Positions 35,347-48,697 of a stretch of 64,000 nt of DNA are shown one piece after another. The DNA comes from Protoeuglena noctilucae (lineage: Eukaryota). Within the stretch, counting starts at the first letter, position 1; every line of letters starts with the position of its first letter. The notes beneath the pieces were generated by a model, which saw nothing but the letters and a program-made list of their open reading frames with translations, did no database searches and was not told where the DNA came from. The position numbers and the translations under genes were made by a program. The DNA lies in the NCBI GenBank assembly GCA_958009085.1, contig OY253690.1:186001-250000 (forward strand), in the 5' to 3' direction.

Positions 35347-35866
35347 CGTTTCCCCACGAGAATCACCTGCGCAGTCAAGAGAAGCTGAAAGCGATAGTTG
35401 CCGATGTCGCTAGCCCCGACCGGCTGCTTCGGGGCGCACGGGGGCCCAACCATGTTTCCAAATTACTCCACCCCACGCCGGCCATCTCGCGCGGCTGCAG
35501 GACGCGGCAGCCCCAACAGCTCACTTCAGGGCCTCGCTCCGTAGATCCGCATCCGTCGCAGCCTCAGCAGAGGTCCCTGAGGCCCAATGCACATGGCTAA
35601 ATCAAGTGGCAGCGCGTTCCCGCGCAGAGACAGCGACGGGGGACCCTTCGAGGCCCTCGCATTTACAGCGTAAACGAACCGATAGCGCGGAGGGTGTTCC
35701 CTCAGCTTCGCGCCGGGTGCCGCCAGGGCTGGCAGGGCAAACACACTTTGCCAAGTGATGTGCAGCTCTGACGTGCATTCTGCGCGTGAGCGTGCAGTTC
35801 TGCGCGCTTTTGGCGACGCCAGGGGGGTCGCATGAATTACTGTATCGGTCGACGACGTATTCACAG

Positions 35867-37986
35867 CTACAGCCGTGCGTGGCTTTGCAGCAGCGACTGG
35901 GACACCTGCGCGGCCACGCGCACGGCCGTCTCCATGGCGCCCTGGATGCAGGGGTTCACCGTTGGGTGCGTCCCCTCTCCTGCGAAAAACACCAGCCCAG
36001 CCACAGGCGCGGCGTACTTCTCGCGGTCCCCGGGCTCCGCGCCCAGCGTCGGATACGTGTACGCGCCCCTGCAACGACACGGAGCCCACGCCCGTCATCG
36101 CCCCGGCACGGCCGCAGCCGCGGCCTCTATTCCAGGTCACGCACTCGCCTGACCCAGGGGTCCTGCGACCAGTCGACCACGGCCGCGTCGGCCAGAAGGT
36201 CCGTCGCGGGGCTCCCCCTACCCTCCCCAAACATGCTGTCCAGCTGCGCGGTGCACTTCGCGATCAAATCCTTGGCTGCGGGGGCGGAAAGGAGTTCGTG
36301 CCCATCGTTGCCCATCTCCCGATGCGGGCCCATGCGCCCATGCGCCCCTGCCGCCCCGCTCGCCTCCCATGGCCTGCGCCTCCCTGGCCCGCTCCCCACA
36401 GAGGAAGCAGACGACGACGTGTCGGTCCTCGGGGGCAGGGGCCTCGGCGAACGACGCGTGCTCGGGGAGGTGCAGCGCCCAGATCTCCGGGACGAAGGCC
36501 CCGGGGCACACCACGTCGTACAGATCCGCGGGCCAGAAGCGCTCCCTGGGGCGACGCAAGGGAGCTCGGTGGCTGTCCGAGCGGGCGACGAGCGCAAGCT
36601 CGCTGTGCACGCAGCGTGACGCACCGGTAGGACAGGACGACCTTGACGGCGTTGCCGAACCCAAGGCGGGAGATGGCGGCACGCTTGTCCAGGGGCAAGG
36701 GGGGCTCGAACAGCAGCCCCGAGCCCTGCGCAGGGGCAGTGGCGGCCTTTCATGCCGTGTGGTGTGGCAGCTCAAGGGCACGCGCGCGTCGCCGAGAGGG
36801 CGAGCCTCGCCTTGAGCACCCCCAGGGACACGGTCACCACCACGCGCTGGCACGTCACGCGGCGGCCGCCCGGGCCCTCCAGCACCACGCGCCCGGAGGG
36901 CCCCGCGCCTCCGTAGACGACCCGCGTCACGGGGAAGTTGGTCTCCACCGCGACGCCTTGCGACAGTCTGCGGCAGGCCTAGGGCGGCATCTGCTGTGCG
37001 GCACGAGCCGTAGCGCCGCAAGGTCCGGCTACACCCGGCCGTGGACAGGCGCAACGCCGCGCTCGCCGCCGTAACATAATCAAACGCACTCGCCTCTTCA
37101 CAAACTCCCCCATCAGCATGTCGGGCAAGAGGTACGTCTCCCCGTAGTCCCACCCCGCGTTCTCGACAATCATCTCCCGTAAACCCAGCTCCTTCAGCGA
37201 GCACCCAAAGTCATTCGCGTAGCAAGCCTCCGCCAGCGCCACCTGCCGCGGCGTCATGCCCCTGCGGGCAGCACGACCCGCCCATTGCCGTGGACGCGGA
37301 GGACGCGTCCCTTCAGCCGGCCAGCGACACTGCGCGTCTCACCGGCCCAGCATAAACGTCTCGGCATCCACGTCGATGTCAGGCGGTCGAAGGGTCTCCA
37401 TCTCGTCGCAAAAGAGCGAGTGCACCGCTTGCAGCTCCTGCGAGGGGGAGGGAAGCGGCGGCCGTCGGCTGCTGGATCGTGGCACTGCTCTGAAGGATGC
37501 AAACAGAGCTGACAAGCCACCTTCTCAGCCTCCGCCTCCGCGGGCCGCAGCAGACGGCCCTCGGCCGCCAGCCAAAGGTAGTCCGGCCACTCGACCTCCC
37601 GGAACTTGGCGCCGGCGGCGGCGAGCTCCTGCACCAGCAGGCTATTCTCCTTCCCATGAATGAACTCCGGCCCTGCCTGCACCGGCCATCGCGCTAACCG
37701 CTGCAGCTCTCGCACGCGTCCGCCCACGCGGTCCGCGGCCTCCAGGACCAGCACGTCCTGCGGCCGCAGGGGCGAGGTGGTCAAATGCGACGTTTTGTCC
37801 CACCGTCGCAACGCGCACGTAGGCTCGGTGCCAGACGTCGTGCTGCGGTCGCGGGGGGCGCAAGTACGCGTGGCGGGCGCACAGGCGGCCGGCCCGTGCC
37901 TTTATCCCAGACTCCAGAAGCTTCCGTGCGGCGTACAGGCCCGTAACTCCTCCTCCGATCACGGCGACCGATACGTCCGCCGCCAT
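35867..37986 (-). CDS. Flavin-containing amine oxidase (PAO/LSD1 superfamily) with PTS1
   Basis: VAVIGGGVTGLYAA, VLVLEAADRVGGRV, AGPEFIHG, LGFGNAVKVVL, DWSQDPWV and FFAGEGTH...IQGAMETA. Ends in ARL*. Confidence 0.9.
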
Positions 37987-38382
37987 GCCCCCGAGCCGCA
38001 GTGGGTCAGGCCGGCTACAGCATGCCAGGGCGGGAGGAAAGCCCAGCAGCTTCGGGGCAGGTTACGAACGCGTCTCACCGCAGCCAGCTCTGGCATTTCA
38101 GCGATGGGCTCTGTGCTTGTCTTGAACGAAGCGATGTTGCTGACGCCTCCCGAGTCGGACAGACAAGGCCGTGCGCCAAGTCTCTGCGAGCCGAAATGTC
38201 TGGGGCAAATCCTAACGAATCGTCAACTCTTATCGCGTCTGGACGACCAACGGCCCTGGCCAGGTGGACAATCCACCCTTACAGACCTTGTCCGGCCGGT
38301 TCCCCGAGCTGGGGTGTCCCATACGTTTGTCTTAGCTTGGACACGACCAGCTTCGGCCGCTCCGGGGGCCGCAACGCTCGGC

Positions 38383-40314
38383 ATGGACGAGAGTTTGGAG
38401 GGGGGACGGGGGAGGTCGCCTGCACCCGCCTGCAGCGTGCCGTCGCGGGAATTCCTCGCCTCAGCGGTCCTTGCTATCGGTCCAGAATGTCCTCGCGAGT
38501 ACGGGCAGCGTGCGGTCGCCGGGGGACTTCGCATGGCCCACTTCGAGCGCTGTGAACGGCGAGTCATTGTGCCCATCGCCCTCCTGTCCCCGCGGGGGCA
38601 CCGATAGATATTGGCTGGACTGACGCCGCACGTCCACATTCTGGTGACCTCAGGCTCGGCCGGGGGGCCTGCTCGACCGTGTACAGGGTCGAGGACCGGG
38701 TCGGAGGCGCGCCAACCGCTGCTTTGAAGGTGTACGACCTCGACAAGCTCGACTCACGTGCTATTGAGCATCTCGTGTCCGAGATCCGCCTGCATACGGA
38801 CCTCGGTGAGGCGCCCACGGACGCAGGGCCGCGACACGGCGCCGGCGCAGGTTGCGACGGTGACCTCGAGCCGCGTGGGCCTCCCCCTGGCCGCAGTGCA
38901 CCCGCACATCGCCCCGGTGTGGGCGGTGTTCGTGGACAGCACGGAGCTCGGCATCCTCATGCCCATGGCCCGCCACGGCAGCCTGTCCCAGCGGGCGGGC
39001 GATCTGCACCAGGACGAGGGCGTCGTGGCGCGCTACATGGTGTGGCCCATCCTCTCCGCCGTGTGCCACATCCACGCGCGCGGCATCGTCCACCGGGACA
39101 TCAAGCGGGAGAACATCCTGATCGATGCGCGCGGAAGCGTGCTTGTGTCTGACTTCTCCTTCGCCACCGAGTGCTCTCGCCCTCCCGTCTCCTTCGTCGG
39201 CACCCAGTGCGCCATGTCCCCTGAGCTCATCTTCTCCGGGTGCCCCCCCAATCCCGAGTCCCCACTGCGCGTCAACGTCCCCCACGACCAGCGGACGCCG
39301 TACGGCCGCAGCGTCGACGTGTGGGCCCTCGGTGTGCTTACCTACGAGCTCGTCACCGGCACGCGTGAGTCTGCGCCAAGCCACGCCGCCACAGCGCTTT
39401 TGAGCATCCCCGTGTTCATGCCCAGACCACGCCCCTCCTCGCGCCATCGCAGGCCTGTTTGTCGGCATGGACTTCCAGGCCATGGCCCAGGGCATGGCTG
39501 CCGCGTCCTACCACAACACGGTGGCCTACGGCCGCCTCTCCCCGCCCTGCCGGGACTTCATCGACAAATGCCTCGTGTGGGACCCCAGCCGCCGGTCCCT
39601 CGGTGAGACACTCACAGCAATGGGCGATGCATAGGACCCCTGGGCTCTGTCGTGCTCTCCCCACGTGCTCCGCCCCGCCCCGCCCCGCCCGCAGCTGCCG
39701 ACCTGTACCTGCATCCTTTCATCACGAGCAACGTGCAGCTCGAGCAGTGGAAGACCTTGCACCCCAAGATGCAACGGGGCAGCCGCGAAGGGCCCGGCCA
39801 AAGCGGGCTGCTCCGGGACGACCTGAGGTGCGTTGGATGCAATGCCATTGTCAATGCCTGGCAGGCGTTGGGGCCCACCGCACACGGGCGTGGGTAACTA
39901 GGGAGCCGATGCCGATGGGTGCCCTTTGGTCGCAGGGAGTTCCTCTGCGCGGCCGTGCAGAAGGTGCACCGGTCTTCGAATCTGGGGGCGCGAAACGCAC
40001 AGGCCAAGCGTGCCTCGGATTGCGGGGATGCCGCGGGACGCTTGCGGCGTCCAAGCGCAACGTACACGCGCCCCAACTCGGACGAGCAGGTGAGGGCAAT
40101 GAGGATGGCATGTGGAAGGGTGGGGTGTTGTGTTCCCTGGAACAATGCTTTATCGTCGTTCTTTGCAGAGGTTCTATTCGACGACGAGTCTGAGGAGCCT
40201 CGATGCCGAGGAGTCTGCATGAGAAATGAGTGCCAAGCGAGTCGCCGCACCTCCGTACCACGCATCTCTACTGGCCCAGCCCAGGGCCATCCTATCAGCC
40301 TGCTTTTTCTCTAA
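38383..40314 (+). CDS. Ser/Thr protein kinase, Aurora-like or divergent
   Basis: LGRGACSTVY, AALKVY, SEIRLH, HPHI, HRDIKRENILI, SDFSFA, GTQCAMSPE, DVWALGVLTYELVTG and CRDFIDKCLVWDPSRR. Both ends approximate. Confidence 0.88.
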
Positions 40315-40868
40315 CAACCTTTTGCTCTAGCTTCGTCTCCGCACACTCTTTTTGCTTCCTTTTTGGGCTGTCACACTGTTGTGCTGGCATGGGCGCTGCA
40401 GGTGCGCAGAGCAGGTGCGTTTTAGCACCGCTGCCCGTTGCCAACGAGCCTGTCGTTTCCAGCGGGTCCACGCGTGGCATCGAGGATCAGAGGCGACCTT
40501 TTTGGCCCGCACAGAGGCCGTTCTTGTGCCCAGACCCGCCGCGCTAGCACAGCACAGCACCCAGCGCACCTAGGTCCTGCTGTAGCATCTCGAGGACCGC
40601 CGCTTGCTTTCGCTGACGCTTGATTGCCCGGCCCCGTTGAAGGCGGTGAGAGTGAGGGTGGCGCACGAGACCGCCGCCTTCCGCGTCGAGTGGCACTGCG
40701 CACTAACACTTGCTTGCACGGTGAGCACTCGCGTCGCTCGTGCAAAGGCCGTGGCCGGCCGTGCTGCCGGATGCTCTCCAGCATTCAGCAGACCAAATAA
40801 GTGTCGCGGAGGGGTCTAAACGGGATCTTTCGATCATCTCGCCGCAGGGTGACGGGGACGGTGTCAAG

Positions 40869-41230
40869 ATGGATGGTTCTCGAACCGAGACTACGTCGGG
40901 GAAGGTGCGTTAGCGCCTCACCCCAACACGAGGGGCGCGGAGGGGGCGGCGCGCTCGCGAGGCGCGACCGGTCGCCCCGAGGCTCCCAGACGATGGCATT
41001 TTGCTTGCGTCGCGCAGGATGTGCAGGGACGGACGGGGAGCTGGCTGGCGCGGCTATGGCACGGGGTCCGCATGCTCCACTACGGTCTTTTCGTCGACAC
41101 GCGGTACTTCTACGGGGTCGGGCCAGGCCAACCTGGCATTCCGGACTACGAGGGCGCCTATGCGGACCCGCGGGCGGTGCCTCTGCCGAACCAGAACCAC
41201 ACGGTCCGCGTCCCCACCAAGGACTACTAG
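40869..41230 (+). CDS. Small two-exon protein (~82 aa) of unknown function
   Basis: ATG exon 40869-40904 (MDGSRTETTSGK) and GT-AG intron 40905-41017 splice in frame to DVQGRTGSWLARLWHG...PTKDY*. Confidence 0.55.
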
Positions 41231-41385
41231 CTGCGTTTGGATACACGGCTGATGGATAGCCATGGCCCATGACAAGTTCCATCCAAATTCTTTTCCCGCG
41301 CCACTCGCGCCCTTGCATCCATTCAAATCTCGCAACTGCTACGGGGACGCTTGTGTCTGGGCATCACCCCGTCGCCGCGACCCCG

Positions 41386-44300
41386 TCAGCCCCCATCAAC
41401 TCCCCCAGTGCCCGGTCGAGTCTCTCCTCGCGTCGCGCCCTCCTCGGACCCGTCGCCGTCGTGCCAGTCAAAAGGCGGCCCAGCGCCCGGCCAGAATGGA
41501 TGCGCAGACCTGCACCAGGGGCCCCGGGTCTGGGATCCTGACGCTGCCCTCGGAGGCACAGGTGGCAAGCGCCGCAGCCACGCAAGCAATTCTTGTGTGC
41601 GAAATGCCAGCTCCTTCTCACCTGCCAGCCCAGTTACGACGTCCTCCTCCACCCTCGCCTCCACCACCGCACCCTGCCACGCCCCGTTGCCCCCTCTCCT
41701 GGCCCCTCGGCCTGCCTCGGACCAGGGCGGGTACCGCCCCGCCACCGCTGGCCGTGCGTTCCACTGCTCGCTCTGCGGCACGCTCGCCGCGTCCTCCTCC
41801 TCCTCGCCCTCAGCAACCACCACCGGCGCACCCAGGCCAGGCACCCGACCCGGAGCCACCCCCGGGGGCCCAGCGCCGCCCATCCCCGGCGCCGGCGCCT
41901 TCATCGGCGACGCGTGCAGAGAACGCGCCCCGCTCTTCGTCTCGCCGGGGATAGGCCGCCCGAACCGCAGCACCCCCGCCGACACGGTGCCGCCGTCCCA
42001 CAGCCGCTCAGGGAACCCCGGGGCTGGCACCTCCTCCCCGGCCAGGCAGTCCTTGACCCCCACGCGCCTCCCACGATCCCCCGCGCGGGACCCCGCCGCA
42101 CCGGCCCCCGCCCCTCCCTGCCACTCGCCCCTTGCCAGGTCCAGCGTCGCCGCCCACGCCGACTGGTGGAAGTCCTCTCCCGCCGCCTCCAGCCACGCCG
42201 CGCCCGCCGCGCCCTCCCCGTCCCTCTCCTCCGCGGCCTGCTTGCGCGCCTGCTCCTCCCGGTACAGCTTCCGGAAGTCGACACGTGCAAGGGGCGCCTC
42301 GTTCGCCGCGCCTGGCCTCTCCGACAGCGCAGCGCGCACGTCCGGGTGGGTGTCGTCGAGGAGCGCGGTCTGCAGCGTGGGCCCGTGCGCGCGGTCGGCG
42401 CGGGTGCTCAGCCGCACCCACACGTGCTGCAGGGGCGTGAAAGTCCACACCCGCCCCACCGCCTCGTCCACCACCGCCAGCCGCCCCTCAGCCGGGGACC
42501 CGCGCAGCGCCAGGCCCGCGGGCGGCGCGTCTCCCGCCGCGTTCTCCGGCCCCACCACCTGCCCGTCCCTGCGCCGCAGCGTGACCGTGGCGCGGATGTG
42601 GAAGCGCGGCACAAAGACCACCACCCCCCGCTCCCGCAGGGACACCACGACGGCGGGCTCCGTGAGGGGCCTCTCGTGGAGGAGGGCCAGCAGGAAGAGG
42701 TCGGCGCACTCCTTCGAGGCGCGCTTGGCCTCGCGGTGGCGGGCGTTCATCGCGTCTGCCGCGGCCGACAGGTCCGCGTGGCCCAGGACGGGGGGCGGGG
42801 GGGCAGGCTTGGCGCCCGCGCTGGGGCCAGCGCCGGCGTTGGCGTCGCGGGGGCAGAGGACGTGGCCGGCCTCGGCCGCCGCGACCCATCGGGGCGAGGC
42901 GTCGTCCTGCCCCACCGCCCGCATCAGCTGCCGGTGCGCCACCACGTCGGCGTAGCGGCGGATGGGGGACGTGAAGTGCGTGTAGTGGGAGAGCGCGAGG
43001 CCGAAGTGCCCGAAACCCCCCGCCTCTGCCGCCGCCGCGTCCCCCGTGCTGCAGTACTGGGCCTCGCTCATGGCGCGCGTGGCCAGCGCCCGCACCAGCA
43101 CAGCCGCGGGGGCGCCGTCGCCGCCCAGCCGCGCGCACGCCTCGTCGAGCGACCGCTGCAGCGCGGCGTTCGTGGAGCCGTCCAGGTCGGCCCCCAGCGG
43201 CCCCAGGGCGTCCCGCACCGCCGCCAGCGCCGAGTCACGGGGCGGGGCGTGGCGGCGGAGGAGGGCGCAGGTGGGGAAGGCGGCGTGGATGCGCCTGGCG
43301 ACCCAGCAGTTGGCGAGGATCATCATCTCCGCCACCACGCCCATCATGGGGATCTCCCGCTTGGTCGTCACCTCGTTCGGGAGGCGGTCGGGGCCGTGCA
43401 GCTCGAAGCGCATCTCCGCAGAAGCCAGCTCCAGGGCGCCGTCCGCCACACGGCGCGCGCGCAGCTTGCTCGACAGGCGCGCCAGGATCTGCGGGAGACG
43501 CGGGCAGACGAGCTGAGCTGAGCGTACGGAAAGCACACTCTCCCTCAGCTCCCTCGAAGTGACTCCGCCCTCCCCGTCCCCATACCTGCTCTAGCGATTC
43601 CTAGCTTCGGCAGCTTCCCTCTCCCACCGCTCACCTCCAGCGACTCCCTCAGCCTCGGCAGCTCCTCCCTCGGCACCGTGTCCGTCCCCGGCGCAGGCGT
43701 GGGCTCCAGACTCCCGTCCAGCACGTCCTGGGCCTGCTGGTAGTGCAGCTTGTACCGCGACCGGATGATCGTGCGCCCGAACCACACGGCCACGGGCTCC
43801 AAGTCCCGGTCCAGCCGCCACACCACCGACGCGGCCAGGCGGTCGACGTTGGAGAGCAGCGAGCACAGGTTGCCCGACAGCACCCCGGGCAGCATGTCCA
43901 GGCGACGGTCCGACAGGTACACCGACGTGCACCGGCTGGCTGCCTCCCCATCCAAAGCCGACCCGGGCTTCACGAAATGGCTCACGTCGGCGATGTGCAC
44001 GCCCACTTCGAACGCAGCGCCGTCCGGCTGCCCGGGGCCCAGGGCGCGCGCATGCAGGGCGTCGTCCACGTCGGTGCATCCGATGGGGTCGATCGAGCAA
44101 ACCAGGTACTCTGGGCCACGCAGGTCCCTCCGCCGGCGCACCTCCGCCTCGGGGGCCCAGTCCACGATGCGGCCCTTGGGGCCCCCCGTGCCCGTGTCGA
44201 CCTCGGCCACCTCTTCAGGAGGCACGCGCGGCAGCTCCCGGAGCGCCGCCTCGCAGAAGGGCTGCCAGCGGATGTTGTTGGACACCAGCACGGCCTCCGC

Positions 44301-46786
44301 CTCCGCCTTCAGGTCCATGATGCGGCCCAGCACGCGCACCAGGTGGCCCTGGGGGTAGCGGCTGCCGGGCTCCCAGGCGTCCACGCGGATGACGAAGCGC
44401 TGCCCGGAGAGACGCGACACCTGGGGCGTCTGGATGCGCACCTGGGGGATGGCAAGCGAACGAGGTGTTGTGGGAAACGACAGATGAGGGAGATGAGAAG
44501 GAGATTGAAGGGAGCGAGGGTGCGGCAGTGCACTGGGCGACAAGTGTGGGGTGGGAGTGGAACCAAGCGAATGGCAGTGCGTGATGCGAGAGGTGTGGGC
44601 GTGCAGAAGCAAGGGAGCGCGCCATCGCTCTCTCGCCTTGGGCAGCCGCCGGTCGAAGGGCGTGCACAGCATCCACCGCAGTCGGTCGTCCCCCCCCCCA
44701 CCCCCCAGCAGCCCCTCCTCCTCCTCCCGCCCCAGCGACGCCACGATGTCCCTCCCCGACCGCTGCAGCACCGCCACCACGCGGCCGCGCAGCTGAGACG
44801 CCGCGCCACGCACCAACTGCACGGGTGGGGACAGCGAAGACTGGATGATGAGTGAGTAAAAACAAATGGCTTCCCTTTACGAATGCAGCAGAGAATAAAC
44901 CAACCAATCCTTTGCTGCTTCATCACTCCTTGCCAATCCCGTCTCTCACCTGATCCCCCACCTCGTCGTCGGCCCCCCCCTCCTCTGGCATCGTCAGGCC
45001 CTCCGTCACCGCCACGCCGTCCTCATCCTCCCTCGCATCCCCTGTAAAACTCAAACGCCAGTTACACCGTATGTTACATGGCGCATGGTGTGTCCATAGA
45101 CACACACCAGCCAGCCCCACATACTAAGACCGAACAACAGCACAGCTCGCCACCCACTGCCCACCCCTGCTTGCACAACAACCCCTCACCCGAATCCTCC
45201 TCCCTCTCTCCGCCCCCCTCTGCGATCTCGACGGCCACCACGTCCCCGTCCAGCGCCTGCCCCGCGCATGCCCTCCCCTCAATGAGGATGTCCGCCAAAG
45301 ACGTCTTGGCCCCCTCAGACGCCTTCACCACGCCCGTCGAGGGGTCGCGGGCCGAGGCGCGGAACACGCCGCGCACCAGCTCGCCCTCCGACAAAGCCAC
45401 GCGAACGCGGGCCTCCGTCCACACAGCGGACGACGCGCCTGGAAGGGGGAGTGGGTGGGGTTAACATAACATGGCAGCCATGCGATCACCTCTAGCAATC
45501 TATGGCCAACCCACACATGGCGATGACGGCGACAGGACCGCTAGCGTCTCCATGCATGTGACTGCACTCTGCATGGTCCCACTCGCAACCCTCCCCACCT
45601 GCCGCTTCGTCTTCCTTGTCCCGCTGCCGCCCACGCCACACGCTCTCCGCCAGCTCCCCCACCGCCCGGCTGCCCCCGCAGGCGAGCGCGAAGAAGCCCA
45701 CCGCGGATGCCACCCACACGCCACGCCCCGCGCCCCCCACACGCATGCACGCCCCCGTCCCCTCGGCCCTCTCCAACGTCGCCGCCACCTCCTGGCCCGC
45801 ATCGGCGCCCGTCCCCGCCACCGCCCGCGCCACTTCCTCTGGTGACGAAGCCAGGCCCAGTTGAGCCGCCAGAGCATCCGAAGCCACCACTACTGGGGTC
45901 GCACTCCCGCAGCGAGACGAGTAGAGCTCGGCCACTGCCACGAGGTGGGGGAGGAGCTCCGCGCCAGACCTGAGAGACGCACGGGGACGCGGGTGGTGAC
46001 CGCGAGGCAGCTGGTGAGGCACGGGCGGAGAGCGGCAAGGGGCGTGTCCAGGACGCCCACCTCTTGCCGCTCAGAGCCTGGACGGACGGCAGGAGCTCCC
46101 GGCAGTGCACGTCGTCGAAGCAGGCACTTGATCGCCGCGTGTCCCGATACAATGCGCGCAGGCGGCCCTTCTTGCGGTGGTTGTTCCCGACCCGATCGTA
46201 GACGTCCTCCAGCACGCTCCGCGCGAAGACGACATGCTGGACGTCGCTGCGGGAATGTAACGAGAGACAATCACTGGCGATCCACAAGGACGGCGACCGA
46301 GAATGGCTCGCGGGAGCGCGCAGGGGCATGAATGCAGGGTTCTTGGTGCACGATGCCACCTCGCCTTAGCTCGAACACCTCCAAGAACGCCTGCAGAGTC
46401 TCGGCATCGGGGATGCAGATGTAGGGAGATGCGTTGGACAGCGTAGTCCCGAATCCTGCGGGCGCGGGGTAGGTCCAAGCGCATGATGTTGGGGGCAGCA
46501 AGCGCACGGCGTGGAGGACTCCGAGGCTCAGGCAAATTCTGATGCGCCTTATGGCAAACGAAGCGCGAGCGGAAGCGCCCGTACAGACCCCTTGATCCAC
46601 CGCGACGGGCAGTACCACGCCCGAGAGCGCATCCAAGGCCCGAGCGTCCTCACCCGTGGACACATCGTCCCGCAGATACGCCTCCTCGACTCGGTTCTGC
46701 AACGTGAACGTGGCATGCCTCCAGCGCACGCTCCGGACCACCAGCCGCTCGCTGCGAGCGGGCTCTGCAATCGTGCTCCCCATCAT
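41386..46786 (-). CDS. DIS3/RRP44-family 3'-5' exoribonuclease (PIN-like, CSD, RNB, S1)
   Basis: EEAYLRDDV, ALDGDVVAVE, DRRLPKVRI, WEPGSRYPQGH, SIDPIGCTDVDDALH, VGVHIADVSHFV, VAEMMILAN and GHFGLALSHYTHFTSPIRRYADVVAHRQL. The low-complexity C-terminal extent is uncertain. Confidence 0.92.
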
Positions 46787-47196
46787 CGCAGGCCCTCCGG
46801 CCACGCCTTCCCCCTGGCACCAGAGGGCAGACAGTGCCTCCTGCGCGAAGTAACTACACCTTGAGACAAATCGGGCAGCGCTTTGCCAGTGCGTGGTACG
46901 CCAGGGTCTGACACGCAGCGTCAGGTGGGATCGGATCCACATCATCCTCCGCCCACTGCTTGGCAGCAACCAGCTCGACAGCTCCGAGGCTGTCACCGCG
47001 CTTGGCCATGATGCGGCCGCAGCCCAGCACTTGAACGCGCACGAAGCAACGGGCCTGGGCGGCAAGCTGGTTTGAAGCGGCGACATCCTGGTGACCAGGA
47101 TTTGGCCAGCATTTGAAATAGGGATAAGTGCTGTCACGAACGGGGTCGGCTGGCTTGGGAGACGGTGGAGGTGGGACCGGGGCCTGTGAACGCACC

Positions 47197-48294
47197 ATGG
47201 TGAGCGCGGAGAGGCCCTCCGACTCGGCCGCACCGCGCGATGTGCACTTCATTTCTCACGCGTCGATCTGGGAGAGCGTCGTGTCCGCAGCTGCCGACGA
47301 CGATAGGCAAGCCCGCACGGGCACGGGCGGCAACGAAGAAGGTCGGCTTTGGCGGCGTGGTGCAGAAGATTTTCAAGCCAGCGCACATGGACATGGAATA
47401 CGCGTTGTGGATGATGGTGCAGGTGCGCCGGGGTCACGCAGGCGACGCGCGGGGGCACGCGCACTGCGTCCTTGAGCCGCACCTTCTCCCTTCCCATGCA
47501 GCTGCTTACCCACCCCAAGATGGCCTACCGGCACGTGTCGTATCACAAGCAGACCAGGGACCAGTGGGCCAGGGACGATCCCGCGTTCACAGGTGCGCAC
47601 GCTCCTCGCCCACACCGCGTTTGCCTCTCCCCGCCGCGCGCGATCCCCGCCCCGCTTGCCCGCAGTCCTCTGCTGTTTCTTCCAGGCCGTCTCCGCGCTG
47701 GCGTGGTGCATCGCCTTCCGGAGCTCGCTGGTGGGCACCCTGTGGACCGTGGCCCGGGCCGTGCTGGTCGACTTCCTGGCCATGGCTCTCCTCGTGACGC
47801 TCATGGGATACTACTCGTGCAAGTACTTCCTCACGCGGCCATCCCAGGCCGGGGGCTTCTCCCCCGCCGTGGAGCAGGGAGTCGAGTTCTGGTACTGTTT
47901 CGACGTCCACCTCAACGCCTGGGTGAGGGGCAGCCGCCCGCACTGCCCGCGTCAGGGCCGTGCTCACTGCCCCTCTCTCGCACCTCATGCGATTCTCTTC
48001 TCCTCCCAGGTCCCCTGCCTCATCCTCACGGGCGTGGTGGAGTTCGCCCTGTGCCCCTTCCTCCTGCGACCGGGCCTCTTCCCACGCCTAGCCTCCCTCG
48101 CCCTCTGGAGCACCTCCATGCTTTACTACGGCTACCTCTCCTTCCTCGGCTACAGCACCCTCCCCAGCGTGTCCCCCGCACGCGCCAAGGGCATGCTCTG
48201 GTGGCCCATGCTCAGCACGGGCGTCCTTGTGCCCACCTTCCTCCTCCTCGGCACCAACCCCACGGCGCTCTACGCCCGCGCGTTCATGGGCTGA
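47197..48294 (+). CDS. UNC50: UNC-50 family membrane protein
   Basis: MLPTT start, HMDMEYALWMM, YHKQTRDQWARDDPAF, VEFWYCFDVHLNA and YLSFLGYSTLP. Confidence 0.92.
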
Positions 48295-48697
48295 CGGGAC
48301 GGGCGGGCTAAGGGGGATGGGCGTGATGGCGCATGCGCAGTGGTATCGTGTGCTGGGGCATGCTTTGGGGCTCGTGCAGGGCGCTGTGCCAGTAGTAAGA
48401 GTCGTGCATTTCTCTTGAACGCGCGGTCCCTATTTTGCCAGGACCCCTGTCACCCCCCTGCCTGCCCTTTCGCTAGCTGAGCCTGTGCTCTGAGGCCGCA
48501 CGCTGTATGGGCTCGCCAAGGGACAACACCACCTCGCCATGCCTGATGCATATCCATCACGCAAACGGTATCAATGACCATGCCAGGGACACCGCTCCCC
48601 ATACAGCACCGCTGCATGGCACGCGATGTCGCTATGTCCGATCCCAGCTCCTATGTGATCTCAGCTGGTGCCTGGATTCCGTAGAAGCCGTGGACCC

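Noticed and set aside
41351..44855. Long plus-strand ORFs (534, 642 and 370 aa)
   Set aside because: Antisense shadows of the GC-rich DIS3 coding sequence. The same applies to most ORFs in the track.
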